Shown here in pieces: positions 32,685-45,121 of a DNA stretch of 64,000 bases. Source of the DNA: Naegleria gruberi (lineage: Eukaryota); the NCBI GenBank assembly GCA_000004985.1, contig GG738880.1. One strand, given 5' to 3'. The notes below the pieces were generated by a model. The model was not told the DNA's origin, searched no databases, and saw only the letters and a program-made list of their open reading frames with translations. Every line of letters starts with the position of its first letter. Position 1 is the stretch's first letter. The translations under genes and the position numbers were made by a program.

Positions 32685-35600
32685 ATGAGTGAAGCTCACA
32701 CAGACAGTGCGGAGTCATCAACAACCACCAGTTTTTCATTTGCCACTCAAGTAAAAGAGAGGTTTGGAGAATGGATTGTTGTATTGAGGAATTCCAAAGC
32801 GATTGATAGTAACAAGTGGAGGATTTTTCACACCCTCACCGAATTGTATATATTATATTGTGCTCTATTCATTCCAACGATGAGAAATTACGGTTATGGA
32901 GAGTATGGACAGATCATGTTTAGTATCGTGGATTTTCCAATGCATTTTTTCTTACATTGGATTCAATATGAAGAAAGTTTCATAGTGAGTGGATTATTTG
33001 TGGGATTTTTAGTGTTGGCCTATGGTTTGCTGTTTGTTACCACATGGGCCTTCTCGAAAGGGAAACCTTTTAGGAAAAATCTTAGATCTCCCCTCATTAT
33101 CATCATGTACCTTTGTAGAATGTTATTTCCTCTCTTTATTCATCAAGTGATTGGATACATGGATTGTAGTTTGACTCACACTGTGCCCTACACGAGTAAG
33201 AACACTCTGAATCGATATTCAACGATAGCATGTTCAGAATCTCCGAATAGTATTCTTATTGGCCTGTCAGTGACCTTTCTCTTCTTCCTTCTGATATTTG
33301 TTATTGTATCAGAGATGATTTGCTCCGATATGCATCCAATGAGTAGACACATCTTTACACACGATAACTATTGGACCATGGTACTGCTGAGAGTGTGCTC
33401 ATTCATGAGCGTTCTCATCATGTTCTTAATCCCTATAGAATATCCCTATATATCATCAATTGTGAATATGGCTCTATCACTAATTGCTCTCATCATTCTC
33501 TTCAAGACACTTCCCTTCTACCGATCTATAAGCAGCTCTATTGTATTCGGTGTTTATTGTGGAGCACTTACAAGTTCATGTGGAACCTTAATAACCTTCT
33601 TCATCACCTCGCTCGCCTTAAACACTCCCAACACTTCATCTCCTCTCTTTAAGGAAGTTAGCGCGGGTCTTTCAGGGTTTATCGTTATTTTAGCAGTTTT
33701 GGGATTTTTGGGAGGTTTATCTTTTTTGGAATTATATCAGCGACAATTAAGAAAGACCATATTAAGGGAGGTGTTAAAGATGCGTTCTGTTTATAGACAA
33801 ATACTACCTGAGGAGAGTAATACAGTACTCTCACCTAATGCAGCTGCCACAGGTAGAGAGAATAATTTTCTTACTGTTCATCGTACTCCTGTGAAGAGAT
33901 TGTCAATTGATATACAATCGAGTTATACGACAGCTGATTCGGCTTATCAGCAATTTATGTTAAATGCTAGAGCTAGTGTGAAACAGTATAAGAAGGGATT
34001 GTTGTTATTATTGAGATCTGATTTGGTGGAAACTTCTAATACAACGAAAGATTTGAATGGAGAAACAGTTCAAATTCATGAAATTACAATGAGATTATGT
34101 AAGAATATTTTACAGAGAGGATTTGGAGATCGTCAAGTCATGGAAACTGTGGCAATGTTGTTCGCTTACAGACACATTTGCACTTCATCAAGTTTAACTG
34201 TAGCCGTCGAATTGTTACTCAAAAGTCAAAAATATTCAAACCTTCTTACTCACAATTTCTCATCGATCAAAATTACTGAAATTCAAAGCTTGGAAGAAGC
34301 TCNNNNNNNNNNNNNNNNNNNNNNNNNNNNNNNNNNNNNNNNNNNNNNNNNNCAGTTTGAGGAATATTATCAATAAGATAAGTGAGTTGACAATGGAGAG
34401 TGAACAAGTCTTTAAACAACTCCTATCGAGAAAGACAAAGAAAATACTAAGTTTGTACGCTTCATTTGTGGAAATTGTGTATTTTGATAAGGAAGGAGCT
34501 CATGCATTGTACTTGGAAGCCAATGCAATGGAAGAGCAGAAACCAGTCAAACTGCAAAAATACAAGACATCGAGAATTATGCCACAACCAATGTCAAAAG
34601 ATGACAACTTGTCAGAACAAGGTTCATTTCAAAAGAGAGCTAGTTTCTTTTCAGATGCTGAATTTGCTCACCAACAATTATTGGATGATGTATTGGAGGA
34701 AAGTGCAAGTGTTGCTGGCGCAGGAGGCGAACTCAAAAAGGATTACCTATTTAGGAATGCTTTGAAAACTTTAAAATCAAATACGGCAACTAAAATTTTC
34801 TATGCCATATTCTTATTACTGGGAGGATTTATAATTTTGGGCTCGATTGGTTTGTCCACTTATCAAGGGGCCATTATTAAGAAAAATATTGTAAATTTGA
34901 GATTAATTTGTGTTCCACAAATTTCACCAATTTCCACAATTAGAAATTTGAGAGCTTTCCAAAATTGGGTGAATATGTTTGTGTTGAATGAATATAGTTG
35001 GCCAGAACAAAGACATGGATTTTTAAATGAGTATATAACAGTAAGTTTTGCTTTAAAGAACCATTTCACATGAACTATTTATAGGCATATGTTGATGATC
35101 ATCGTCGAGTATTGGAACAGGACATTTCAGTATTGGAAGACTTGGTAAAATTAGGTCAATTGGTAGCGTTTGATGCATCTACCTATACAGCATATGGAAA
35201 ATCACAATATTCCTTCAGGGTTCCAAGTGTTAATGGAACTGATTCTTGGTCAAAATTACAATTTACTGGAATTCCAGAAAATAGAACACTGTCGATAATT
35301 GAAATGACTAATTCCTTATTGCAATATATGGATGAAATCAAAACTGTTCTTCCATTCAACGATTTGAATGCATTCTTCAATACAACCAATCAAACTGCCC
35401 GACATCAAATTCAAGAACGTTTATTGAACTCTACACTTCTCAATCCAGTTAATGATTTCAGTTTCATGTTACTATGGATTAATATGAAATCAAGTTCTTT
35501 ACAATACAAGGAATTCTGCTCCAATTTCATGAAGAAGAGCAATATTCAAGCCAATGACATGATTTACCAATTCGAATATTTTTTCATTGGAACATTATGC

Positions 35601-38004
35601 TTTTACATCATTATCGGTTTACTTTTCTCGTTATTCCTTCAATACGAGCTCACTTTCATCTCGAGACTGATTAAAGTATACGACAAGCAAATTGGCAAGG
35701 ATTTGATTGGAAGGGTTTATCAAACCCTTTCTACCAAAACTGATACAGAAGCCTCCCTAAGAATGTCCATATTTTCTCGAATGATGAGAGGAAATGTCTC
35801 TGTCATTGTGTTGGTAATTGCAATTTCACTTGTCATTCCATTGTGTGTTGGTTTAATGTTTTATGAGAGCAGGGCAACTATTAAGAGTGCAATGTTTACG
35901 TATACGAATGTTGCCCTTTCTTCTGAATGTTTGCAAAATTTACAAATGTCATCATTTTTCTTGACAGAGTTATTAACATACTATGGTCTTCCAATATTGA
36001 GCTATAATTCCATTTCCGTGAAAGGAAAAAATGTTAAATATGGACATCCATACTTTAACAAATATGATTTTGTTGGAATGTATGCAGAAATCAGAAAACA
36101 AGCAGATAGTCTAGGTGCAGAATGGTCTGAATTAATTTATGGTGATGTAACAAAGCCTGACGATGATCCTGTCATTGGTTTATATCCAGTTTTGGATGCC
36201 CTTCTGGTAGATGTCAATAATTGCAGTCTTTACTTGGCCCAACGTAGTTTGGAAGAAACTTATGAAAACTATTTGGAGTATTGTGCTGGAATTGAAAAGA
36301 TTGTGACGTTATATTTGACAAAAACGACACAAGTTAGTGAGTTGACCAGAGATCATTATATTCAGCAAATGAAAGACCCATCAAAATTGATAGATCCTTT
36401 GGAGTTATATTTGCAACACAATGACTTGTTTAGAATGTCTATTCCATTGACTAAAAAGTTGCAAGTTTACATGCAAGAGTTTGTAAGAGTTTCATCTGAA
36501 CTTTCGTTTGGATTCTTGATCGGTTTTAGCATTTTTGGATTCTTATGTATTGGAGTATTAGGTTATTTACTCTTCAGCGTAATGAATAATAATTGGGATT
36601 CCCTTCAAAAGACCAGAATGATGCTCAATTACATTGCCCTGGATTACATTGATAGAAATGAAGTTTTACGAAACCTAGTTCTCTATCATAGTTATCCTAA
36701 TGTCATTCTCGACAAGATTAGCCACAAGACAAGCAAACAAGAAGATCGTCTTAGTATTTCCAGCTTTACCGAAATGATCAACAAACACATTGATGGAACA
36801 ATTCTCATAGACGAATCTGGTTACATTGATGCAATGAACAATGCAGCTCACAGATTATTTGGCTCGAAATCTTCTGACTTTCTTGGAGCTCAGTTCTACA
36901 AGCTATTCGAAGAAAAATGTTTGGAAATGGTAAAGAAGGCATTCTGTTCTATAATGGACGCAGCAAAGAAAGCATCCGAAAGTGCAGAAAATCGAAGCAT
37001 GGTTGAAACTTTGGAAGTTGATTGTCTCAGATTGAATCAAACCAAGTTTCCTTCCAAGATTTCCTTCTTCTCCATGAATATGTCTGAAAAGGGACTAATC
37101 ATTGTCTGTACCATTAAGGATATCACTTCGGAGACTAAACAAAAATCACTCCTTGAAGAGGAGAAGAAAAACTCTGAAAATCTATTGAAGAACATTCTCC
37201 CAGAAGGAGTAGCAGCCAGATTAAAGAAGGGTGAGACGTTCATTGCAGAGAAACTCAATGACATTACATGTTTCTTCTCAGACATGGTTGGATTTACAAA
37301 AATCTCAAGTAACATGCAAGCTACTGATCTTGTGCAAATGTTGAATTTTGTGGTGAACGGTTTCGACAAGTTGACTGAAAAGTATGAGTTGGAAAAGATT
37401 AAAACCATTGGTGATGCCTATTTTGTGACTGGTGGTTTGAATGGTTGCTCTGACCATCCTGAAAATATGTTGAAATTCGCCATTGAGACATTTGACGTGA
37501 TTAAGGAATTTAATCTGAGTGGAAATTTGAAAGAAGGTGTATATTTGAATATTAGAATTGGTATAAATACTGGTGCATGTGTGGCTGGTGTAATTGGTGT
37601 AAGTATTCTAGTTTACAATATTTTAAATAATATTTAAATATTTAAAATTATGAAAGATTAAAAAATTTGCCTATGATCTATGGGGTGATACCATCAATAC
37701 AGCCTCTCGTATGGAATCAACAGGTGTTCCAGGAAGAATTCAAATTTCCAGAACAACCTATGAACGAGTTTATGATTTGGGTTTCGAATTTGAAGAACGA
37801 CAAGTTGAAGTGAAAGGAAAAGGTCAAATGCAAGCATATCTAGTTAATGCCAAACATCATACAAATCCACTTATTGAATTGGTATCTACTGCAATGATTG
37901 ATGAAGAAGATGATGATCTTTCTATTGCAAGAATTCTTCACAGCTCGACTAATACAGCACCAGAGGAAATTCAACAAGAAACCTCTCCAACTCCAACTCA
38001 ATAA
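32685..38004 (+). CDS. Receptor-type class III adenylate cyclase: N-terminal multi-pass TM module, second TM block, PAS domain, cyclase homology domain. At least 4 exons: 32685..>34302, [gap], <34353..35040, 35085..37598, 37657..38004
   Basis: Seen: about 9 hydrophobic helices between 32800 and 33750, then 4 more between 34750 and 36620. A PAS-like segment (IDGTILIDESGYIDAMNNAAHRLFGSKSSDFLGAQFYKLF) follows. The catalytic core is LLKNILPEGVAARLKKGE..ITCFFSDMVGFTKISS...KIKTIGDAYFVTGG...IRIGINTGACVAGVIG | IKKFAYDLWGDTINTASRMESTGVPGRIQIS. The bar marks a 58-nt GTAAGT...AAAG intron (37599..37656) that sits exactly where the track ends one ORF and starts the next. A second intron, 44 nt (35041..35084, GTAAGT...ATAG), links the 34357 and 35112 ORFs in frame. 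The 32685 and 34357 ORFs are separated only by the run of 50 N, so their frame relationship is unknown. The substrate-specifying positions are Lys (KIKTIGD) and Asp (AYDLWG). In established class III cyclase knowledge that pair means ATP, whereas guanylate cyclases have Glu and Cys. Confidence 0.7.
34303..34352. other. Assembly gap: run of 50 N
   Basis: Seen directly in the sequence. It falls inside the coding region of the cyclase gene, so the true exon length and frame across it are unknown. Confidence 0.95.
35041..35084 (+). other. Intron, 44 nt, GTAAGT...ATAG, in the cyclase gene
   Basis: Joins ..NEYIT to AYVDDHRRVLEQDIS.. in frame, phase 0. Confidence 0.6.
37599..37656 (+). other. Intron, 58 nt, GTAAGT...AAAG, inside the cyclase catalytic domain
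   Basis: Removing it fuses GVIG to IKKFAYDLWGDTINTASRMES. That rebuilds the universally conserved cyclase motif. Confidence 0.8.
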
Positions 38005-38106
38005 ATCATTTCATTCTTGTCTCTATCCAAATATCAATAATATTTAAATAAATTAAATTGAATATTATTATACAAATATTATAGTACACTCTATGAAGGT
38101 TTCATA

Positions 38107-40604
38107 TTAAACATATAATTGTGCTGGAGGTTTAAATGATAATGTTTTACCAACAGGGAGGATGGAATCACTAGTGCCTACTCTTAATTTGTAATTTGTG
38201 GTTTGAGAGTTAACACTTGGTCCATTCAGAATATTGATTGTAGCAATTGTTCCATCAAATGTTAAATCGAACGATCCTCCTAAATAATTCACTCCTCTCA
38301 TCTTGATAAATTTGGCACCCAAAAGAGATACATCTTTTGGAGCTAGCAACATATAGTTGTCATACATTTTCAATCCACCATAGCCATTCTGAATACTTTG
38401 AATAAATCCTCCTGCTCCTGTCAAAAAGTTGAAAGACCCCATATCAAGGAAATGTTTGTAAGGATCAGATGTTTCTGAAATGATATTAAATCTATCATAA
38501 TATTCGTCAATTAATTAGTTGTATAAGATATTGAGAAACTTACGGAGGGTGAATATTTAACAATGATCTCTTAAATGCTTCTGCAGCCAATGTGAAATTG
38601 TTCAAATCCAAATAAGTAATAGTGTGCATAGAATAAGTCATGGCTGGTCCTTCACTCCACATTATCTTGTCATAATATCTAATGTCATTATATCTTATTT
38701 GTGTTGGCATTTCGTACATGAGAGGATAGCCCAATAATACCACATCAGCTTGTTTTACATATTCACCAAAGTAAAAGTTACCTCTTGGGAAACTTGCATA
38801 TTCTGGATGAATTTGGTTGACAGAATCAAATAGAATAGTCATATTTCCAGCAATATAGTTCCACTCTGGAGTGATAGATTTTCCTAAAACAGAAGCTGCC
38901 TTGTTTCCAAATCTGAGAGCAATTTGGGCAACAGCATTTGTGAAAACTTCATTGTCAACACCGGAATACAATGGAAAACCAATACCAAACTCATCTGGGC
39001 CAACAACCTTATTTATATCATAGTGAACTCCATCAACGTTCTTTGTTACTCTGCTAGCCCAGAACTTGGCAATCTCAGAAGCCATTGGATAACCAATTGA
39101 ATTCAACCACTTGGTATCCTTAGTCAATTGCCAGAATAATTGTAAAGCAAATGAAACATCTCCAGTAACATGTTGTTCCAATTCATTAAATAGGGCTATC
39201 AGGTCAACCTCCCTACCAGAAAATCCAGTCTGGAATGGATACATTGCTCCCTTATAGCCATACTTTTTGGCATGGGATTTGGCCTGCTCCAATCGATCGA
39301 AACGATACTGAATGAGCCCTTTAGCAAGCTCTGGATGCAAGTAAGCCAGTGATGGTAAAACGAAACACTCTTGATCCCAGAAAATCAACCCATTATAAGA
39401 ATCGGTAGCAACTCCTCCTGGTGAAACACCCCAATGATAATCCTCTCTGGTACTACTCAACAAGTAGTACAAGGTACTATTAATCTTGGCTGCAAGTTCA
39501 ACATTTCCACCCAATTCAATACCACTCTTCCATAATTCTGCCCAAGCTGCAACATGCGATGAATAAAGCGACTGTTGATTGATAGTGATACCCTTGATAA
39601 AGTCAATGGATGCATCACCCAATGGATCATCTGAATCGATACTGGTTCTAATGGCAGTGAGGTAGGTAAAAGTTGTTTCAGTATTTGCAGATACTTGAAT
39701 ACTGGATGGGAATTGAGATGTAACCACAGCTACTGTAACTCTTTCAGATTCAGGTGTTTCCAAACTTGTGAGTTGACCAACATGACATTTTGTGTTGAAA
39801 TTATTGGTATGAGTACATTCCACTTGTTTGAAAGAAATATCAGCAGAAGCAGGACTATCCAAATTATTAATATTAATAGTAATTGGGAAAGAATTTGAAT
39901 TGGAAACCTCAATTTGATGAACCAACAATGATCTGTACACTCTATGAGCATAATAACGTTGCTCAATTTGTGCATTTGATAAATTAAATCCTCTCAAATA
40001 GACAGCTCTCTCAATATCCAATCCAACTCCAAATTGCTGTAAATTTGGAGAACTCAATTTCACTTTTTGAGTGGCAGGTATTCTAGCTCTAGTACTGTGA
40101 AATCCAATTAATTTCTCAATCACTACATATTTTCCCACATACACTCCACCAACATAGATATTATCAGAATCCACAACAGTTCCCAAATAGCCATTAGAAA
40201 TTGATGGCATAAAATTCTTATCTATACTCCATCAATTCAAATCAATCAATTCATATATTAATTTTTGAATTTTGATAAAGTGTACAATTCCATATAATAT
40301 TCATATAATTTTCAAATATTCATATATATTTAAATCATTAATTAATAGAAATAAAGAACAAAACAATTATATTGTGAATTACAAGACACGTGATACATAC
40401 CTGAAGGCTCATTAGGAACAGCCAATAATTGTCCCTCAGCAATACGATCATTCCAATTCTTATTATTATTATTACTAAATATCAAAGGCTTGTGCTGATG
40501 AAGATGTTGTTGTAGTTCGGCATTGGCAAATAAATATAAATTCACGGAGGATGAAAACATTATCATCATCATCATCATCACTCCATATATCATCATCATT
40601 CGCA

Positions 40605-40635
<31 letters not shown>

Positions 40636-40674
40636 TAAATAATTGATTTGGTGTAATTTCCTCTTCATCATCAT
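38107..40674 (-). CDS. Glycoside hydrolase family 65 protein (acid trehalase/ATH1 or PGGHG-like glucosidase), secreted, 3 exons: join(40674..40401, 40221..38544, 38491..38107)
   Basis: Seen: exon 1 encodes a Met-rich signal peptide (MRMMMIYGVMMMMMIMFSSSVNLYLFANA). The first ATG is at 40674; the track start at 40692 is a TTG. Exon 1 ends at GTATGT. The GH65 central (alpha/alpha)6 domain is recognisable: HVAAWAELWKSG ... GLIFWDQECFVLPSLAYLHPELAKGLIQYRFDRLEQAKSHAKKYGYKGAMYPFQTGFSGRE. The C-terminal beta-domain lies in the third ORF. The introns are 40222..40400 (179 nt, GTATGT...TATAG) and 38492..38543 (52 nt, GTAAGT...GATAG). Both are phase-consistent. Confidence 0.65.
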
Positions 40675-41250
40675 TTTCTTACTATAATACAATAAATATA
40701 TACAAAATTAATTATTATTAATAATTATTAATAATTAACAAGAAGGGACAACAATGAAAGCAATTTTTTGATCATAACAAATCCATTATTTGAACAATCA
40801 ATTCTTGTGGCTAAATATTGTGTTGCATATCCGAACATCATGATGATGATGCAATGAATCTTCAATGAATTGGATACTTTTAAATCCTTTCGAAAAACGA
40901 CAAATCAAATAAACTTCCTGAATAGAACCATCGTGTAGTGTGTATTATCATTATCTGAAGCTCTCTAAATCTTTTGGATTTATATTCGAATAGTTTTGTT
41001 GTTAGTGTTGTTATCTATTCGAAAGTGGGCTATTCGGGACAAGTTCAAGGTTACTAGAAGATGCCTTTGGAAACACTTGCATTACCCAATGTCTCATCAA
41101 TGAAGATTCGTTCTCGCTTGTTCTCTCTATTCGTGTTGTTGTCAATTGTCATCAATTCGAATAATAATTAAAAAAAGTTCTACTACATTCAATAGAGAGA
41201 GAGGAGCTCAAATTTTCTTTGTGTCTTGGAAACATCATTAATATATCATT

Positions 41251-43317
41251 ATGGGAAAGACAGGAAGAAATAGAAAAGTAAGTTTTTACTTTCGAATAAT
41301 TTTCTAATTTTATTAGATTTCGTTTTATTCACTACAAGCGAGTGCCAATGCCAAATACGAATGGTTCTGGAAGCAAGGAGGTAGAATTAAAAGTTGGAAG
41401 AAACGTCTCTTTGTCATTCACGATCATACTTTATTTTACTTTTCCTCCGAAGAAGATACTGAACCGAAAGGAGCCATTGTTTTAAAAGGAGCTAGTGTTG
41501 AATTGACCAATTCTGGGGATACCATAAAGAATGGTAAGAAACCACCTTCAGAAAATGGACAAAATTTGGATTATTGTTCTGTTGTGGTAAAGACACCATT
41601 CAGATCTTATTGGTTATTGAATAGTGAGGAAAAGATTGTGAGAGAGTGGGTTGACTATTTGAATTTGGTTATAAAGGAGGGTCAAATTCAAGTAATGGAT
41701 CAAAATACTTCAAATCAAACATCTAAAAAGATGGGTTGGTTGATTAAATCAGGTGGAAAATTGAAGAATTCATGGAAACAAAGATTTTTCGTTTTGAGGA
41801 ATGACATGTTGTACTATTACAAACCAAAATCTGATCCAAATGAAAAGGATAGTGGAAGAGATCCATCAGATAGTAATATTTTGACAAGTACTCAGATTGT
41901 TAACATTTCAGATTTGGATTTTAAATTGCAAAATATGATTGCACAAGGAGTAGTGACATTTTATAATGCAACTACGAGATTTAAACAAAATCAAGCTAAA
42001 AAGAAGAAAAAGACAAAGAATGCTGAAGATTTATTGATGGAAATTGAAGAATCGAGTAAGAGAGATCGTTCCAGATCTGTCAGTTCCAGAATTAGTATAT
42101 CAGATCAGAGAAGATTCTCACTCACGAATACTTTTACTGCTCTTTCAGGTGCTTCTGGTTTTATCATTCCTCAAGAGCCATTTGATAATGATTTCCAAAA
42201 ATCGTGGTTTCCATTCGAAATTCAAAATGCCAATCGTACCTATGCAATTTATGCCAAAACTCAAGATGATTGTGATGAATGGTTAATGTTTATTTTCGAA
42301 AGTATTTTGAATGTAATGGGAGAAATGGCTCACTTTATCAAAATTGGAAATTCTGGAAAGTTTGGAGATGCTGATGAGGATACAGATTCTACTCCAGAGC
42401 CATCCCCAGCAGACAGTTCAATTTTGAGTGAATCAAGAAAGAGTTTACCAAGTGTTGAATCCTTCCTGAGTAGGGAGAGTTCTGCTGTTTCAGAAATAGA
42501 GGATACTCAAAACATGACACCTCAACCAATATCTGTCATATCGGAAACTTTATTTGATGAACTTCAAAGAAGAAAAGCTGATGAAAGGCTAATTAGCTCT
42601 CTTAGAAAATCCAAGAAGAGAGATTCTGTCACTTTTAAAGGTTCTTTCAGTGAGAAATTTACTTTCATTTCTAGTGAACAAGCACTGTTGGCAGAGATGG
42701 TTCCAATCAGATTCTACCTCTACAATGGTATTTATACTGAATTGCAAACACTTGCTATTGACCAACCTTTGGAAATTAGAGGTTCTTCATTAGAGAATTG
42801 TGTAATTGAAATGCACAGCTCTAAATATTGTGAACCAATGATCAAGATTAATAGTGAAAATGTGAGATTTAAGAATGTCACTTTGAAACTCGTCTCTCAA
42901 CTCTCGAATGAACAAATTGAAATGCAAAACAGATATAATAATTCACATCAATCTGGAAAGAACAAACACTCGCCAAAGGATAACAGAACACCTTGTGTAA
43001 TATTCATTGAGAATGGAAGTTTATTAATGGAGGGATGCTCAATTATTTATGAAGACAAGACTGATCCAGAAGTTTATGTGGAAAATGAATATTCTCAAGG
43101 AGGTTCTTGTTGTGTATTTGCAACCAATAATTCTAATTGTGTGACTTTGGATTGCTCCTTAAATAATGCTCATTATGGTATTGTTACGAGTGGCAATGCT
43201 AGTGCTGTTTGTTTTGGAGGAAATATTAAATCAAAACTTGGACCATTCCTCAATTTGGATGAAACATCTAGCTCGAGAAATTACAATGTCACAATTTCTG
43301 CCTCAAAACATAAATAA
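41251..43317 (+). CDS. Protein with two PH domains and a C-terminal region resembling a beta-helix repeat; 2 exons: join(41251..41277, 41317..43317)
   Basis: Seen: the ORF in the track begins at a TTG partway through a PH domain. Extending it 5' in frame recovers a complete PH domain (KYEWFWKQGGRIKSWKKRLFVIHDHTLFYFSSEEDTEPKGAIVLKGASVEL) as far as a TAG, which is the acceptor AG. A 9-codon first exon, ATG GGA AAG ... AAA, ends at GTAAGT. The intron is 39 nt (41278..41316) and phase 0. The second PH domain is GWLIKSGGKLKNSWKQRFFVLRNDMLYYYKPKSD. The C-terminal 250 aa contain Cys/Gly/Asn-rich repeats. Confidence 0.6.
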
Positions 43318-43360
43318 ATATTCTAATTGAAATATCTAATTGTTGTTATTATTTACAGTT

Positions 43361-45121
43361 TTATTGAATTAGGGCGAGAGTGGCATCTCTCATTTCATAG
43401 TACCAAGTCATTCTTCTTTCAGCATAGTTGAGATAGTCGAAATCAATCTTGGAAAACATGGATTGAAGCATACTCCAAACAGACCAATGCAAATTACTGA
43501 CCATAGACATGACAAGAGCTTGTCTTCTACTCTTTTCAATTAATTCTTCTGTAACATTTTCACAATCAGAGTAGTAAGTCTTGAAAAAGTTAATTTGCTC
43601 ATCATATGTTGGGTAAGCTTCAGGTAAAATACACAATCCACCAAATTCACAAAAGAAATTTCCAATATCAAAGGCAGCATAATTGTAAGCACAATATTCA
43701 AAATCAATTGTGTGGTAGGAGGACTCTTTCTCATTGAGAATAATATTGTGAGCGCCGAGGTCGTTGTGACAGAATTTAACTGGAAAATCCTTGCACAAAG
43801 ATTCAATAAGTTTCACTTCTTCCTCAATCTTGTCCATATTGAGAGGTGAATTTGGTGATAGCTTGTCTCCTCCTCTCTTGTTAAACTCGTCTCTATTGTG
43901 CTTCAAGAGAGCTAACCAACGGAAAGTTCTCTCGAAAATCACAGGTCTAGCTTGCAAGTCATGATAATGAGTCTCCTCTGCAAATGGTTTAACAGTAATA
44001 GAGTGAATACTCTTCATGAGTTTTGCAATTTCAATATAGTGCTTTCTGGCACCTCCTAGCTCATCTAAACCTCCACCCTCATAGTACTTGTAGATCATTC
44101 CATTCTCAAAGGTGGCATAAATTCTAGGGGCAAGATCGTTATAGAGTGTTGAAATTTGTTGAATATAGTGGAATTCAGCTTTACGATCAATCAAATTCTC
44201 TGAATTTTCACCAAAGCAACGAACTAGAACCTTTTGTGGATAATCCAAAGAACTCTTATCATGTTCTCTATGTACAAATTTTACAAGAAAGAGTCTGTTG
44301 GTTGTTCCACCGGTTAATTGTTTAACATGAATGTAATTCTTCAAAACATTCTTTAAAAAGTTCTTTTGTTTCGTCTTTTCATTCAATCCAGCCATATCAT
44401 TTTCATGATGTGAGATTCCATCTTCACCACTCGGAAACAAGGTAGGAGAATCCAAAGAATTAGTATCATCCAAATTGTTATTTGATGATGTAATACTTGA
44501 TGTCATTGCAGCATCGGAGAAGGATTCGGTTGAGGTGACATCATATTCATCAATTGGTGTTGCTTCACCTCCATTATTCAATTTAACATCCAAGTGATGG
44601 ATAGGAATTAAAGTTGTGTGATGAGAGAAATGTTCTTCAACAGCTGTTTCCTCACCAATAACTTTATCCTCAAGTTCCAAACTCTCCGATGATATAACTC
44701 TCTCCATTGATTCTGAAGATTCTACAATAGCCTCTTCTCCTGGAATGATTGAACTTTTCTTGATTGTAATATTCAATTGTTTTTCAATTCTTCCAATTTG
44801 TTGTTGTTGTTCATTATTTGTTTCTGCTAATTGTACAAAATGTTCAGGGAATGCCTTGATCATAAGTTGAGCAATCTTGAATTGAATTAATTCTTCCTCC
44901 GCCTCAACATCTTCTCCTTTACCAATAGGAATATAAAAATTATCAAATCTTGGTGTCTCATCCCTATCTATCAAACTTTCTTGATCGCAATTATGCTGAT
45001 GATGTTGACAATGGCTCGAAACAATTGCTTCTTCCTCCGATGATGATGATAAGGATGATACTACCGATGATGGCAATTGGCTGCTCGGATTTGCAAAATT
45101 CGTTGATTCTTGTTGATGCAT
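43361..45121 (-). CDS. Choline/ethanolamine kinase with a long acidic, low-complexity N-terminal extension
   Basis: Seen: ATG start. Brenner motif FCHNDLGAHNIIL and choline-kinase motif IDFEYCAYNYAAFDIGNFFCEF are both present. An ATP-binding-loop-like segment VKQLTGGTTNRLFLVKF is also present. The 3' end lies 43 bp from the convergent PH-domain gene. Confidence 0.8.
   Translation of the reverse strand: MHQQESTNFANPSSQLPSSVVSSLSSSSEEEAIVSSHCQHHQHNCDQESLIDRDETPRFDNFYIPIGKGEDVEAEEELIQFKIAQLMIKAFPEHFVQLAETNNEQQQQIGRIEKQLNITIKKSSIIPGEEAIVESSESMERVISSESLELEDKVIGEETAVEEHFSHHTTLIPIHHLDVKLNNGGEATPIDEYDVTSTESFSDAAMTSSITSSNNNLDDTNSLDSPTLFPSGEDGISHHENDMAGLNEKTKQKNFLKNVLKNYIHVKQLTGGTTNRLFLVKFVHREHDKSSLDYPQKVLVRCFGENSENLIDRKAEFHYIQQISTLYNDLAPRIYATFENGMIYKYYEGGGLDELGGARKHYIEIAKLMKSIHSITVKPFAEETHYHDLQARPVIFERTFRWLALLKHNRDEFNKRGGDKLSPNSPLNMDKIEEEVKLIESLCKDFPVKFCHNDLGAHNIILNEKESSYHTIDFEYCAYNYAAFDIGNFFCEFGGLCILPEAYPTYDEQINFFKTYYSDCENVTEELIEKSRRQALVMSMVSNLHWSVWSMLQSMFSKIDFDYLNYAERRMTWYYEMRDATLALIQ

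Noticed and set aside
34303-34352. Run of N as a possible biological feature
   Set aside because: It is a scaffold gap placeholder of exactly 50 N and carries no biological information.
35112-35200. Independent start codon (MEQDIS) for the cyclase ORF at 35112
   Set aside because: The in-frame upstream sequence continues without a stop to an acceptor AG 27 nt earlier. A 44-nt GTAAGT intron links it to the preceding ORF, so it is an internal Met.
41503-41510. Start of the PH protein at 41503, as given by the ORF track
   Set aside because: The codon is TTG, and it lies inside a PH domain whose N-terminal half is encoded upstream in the same frame.
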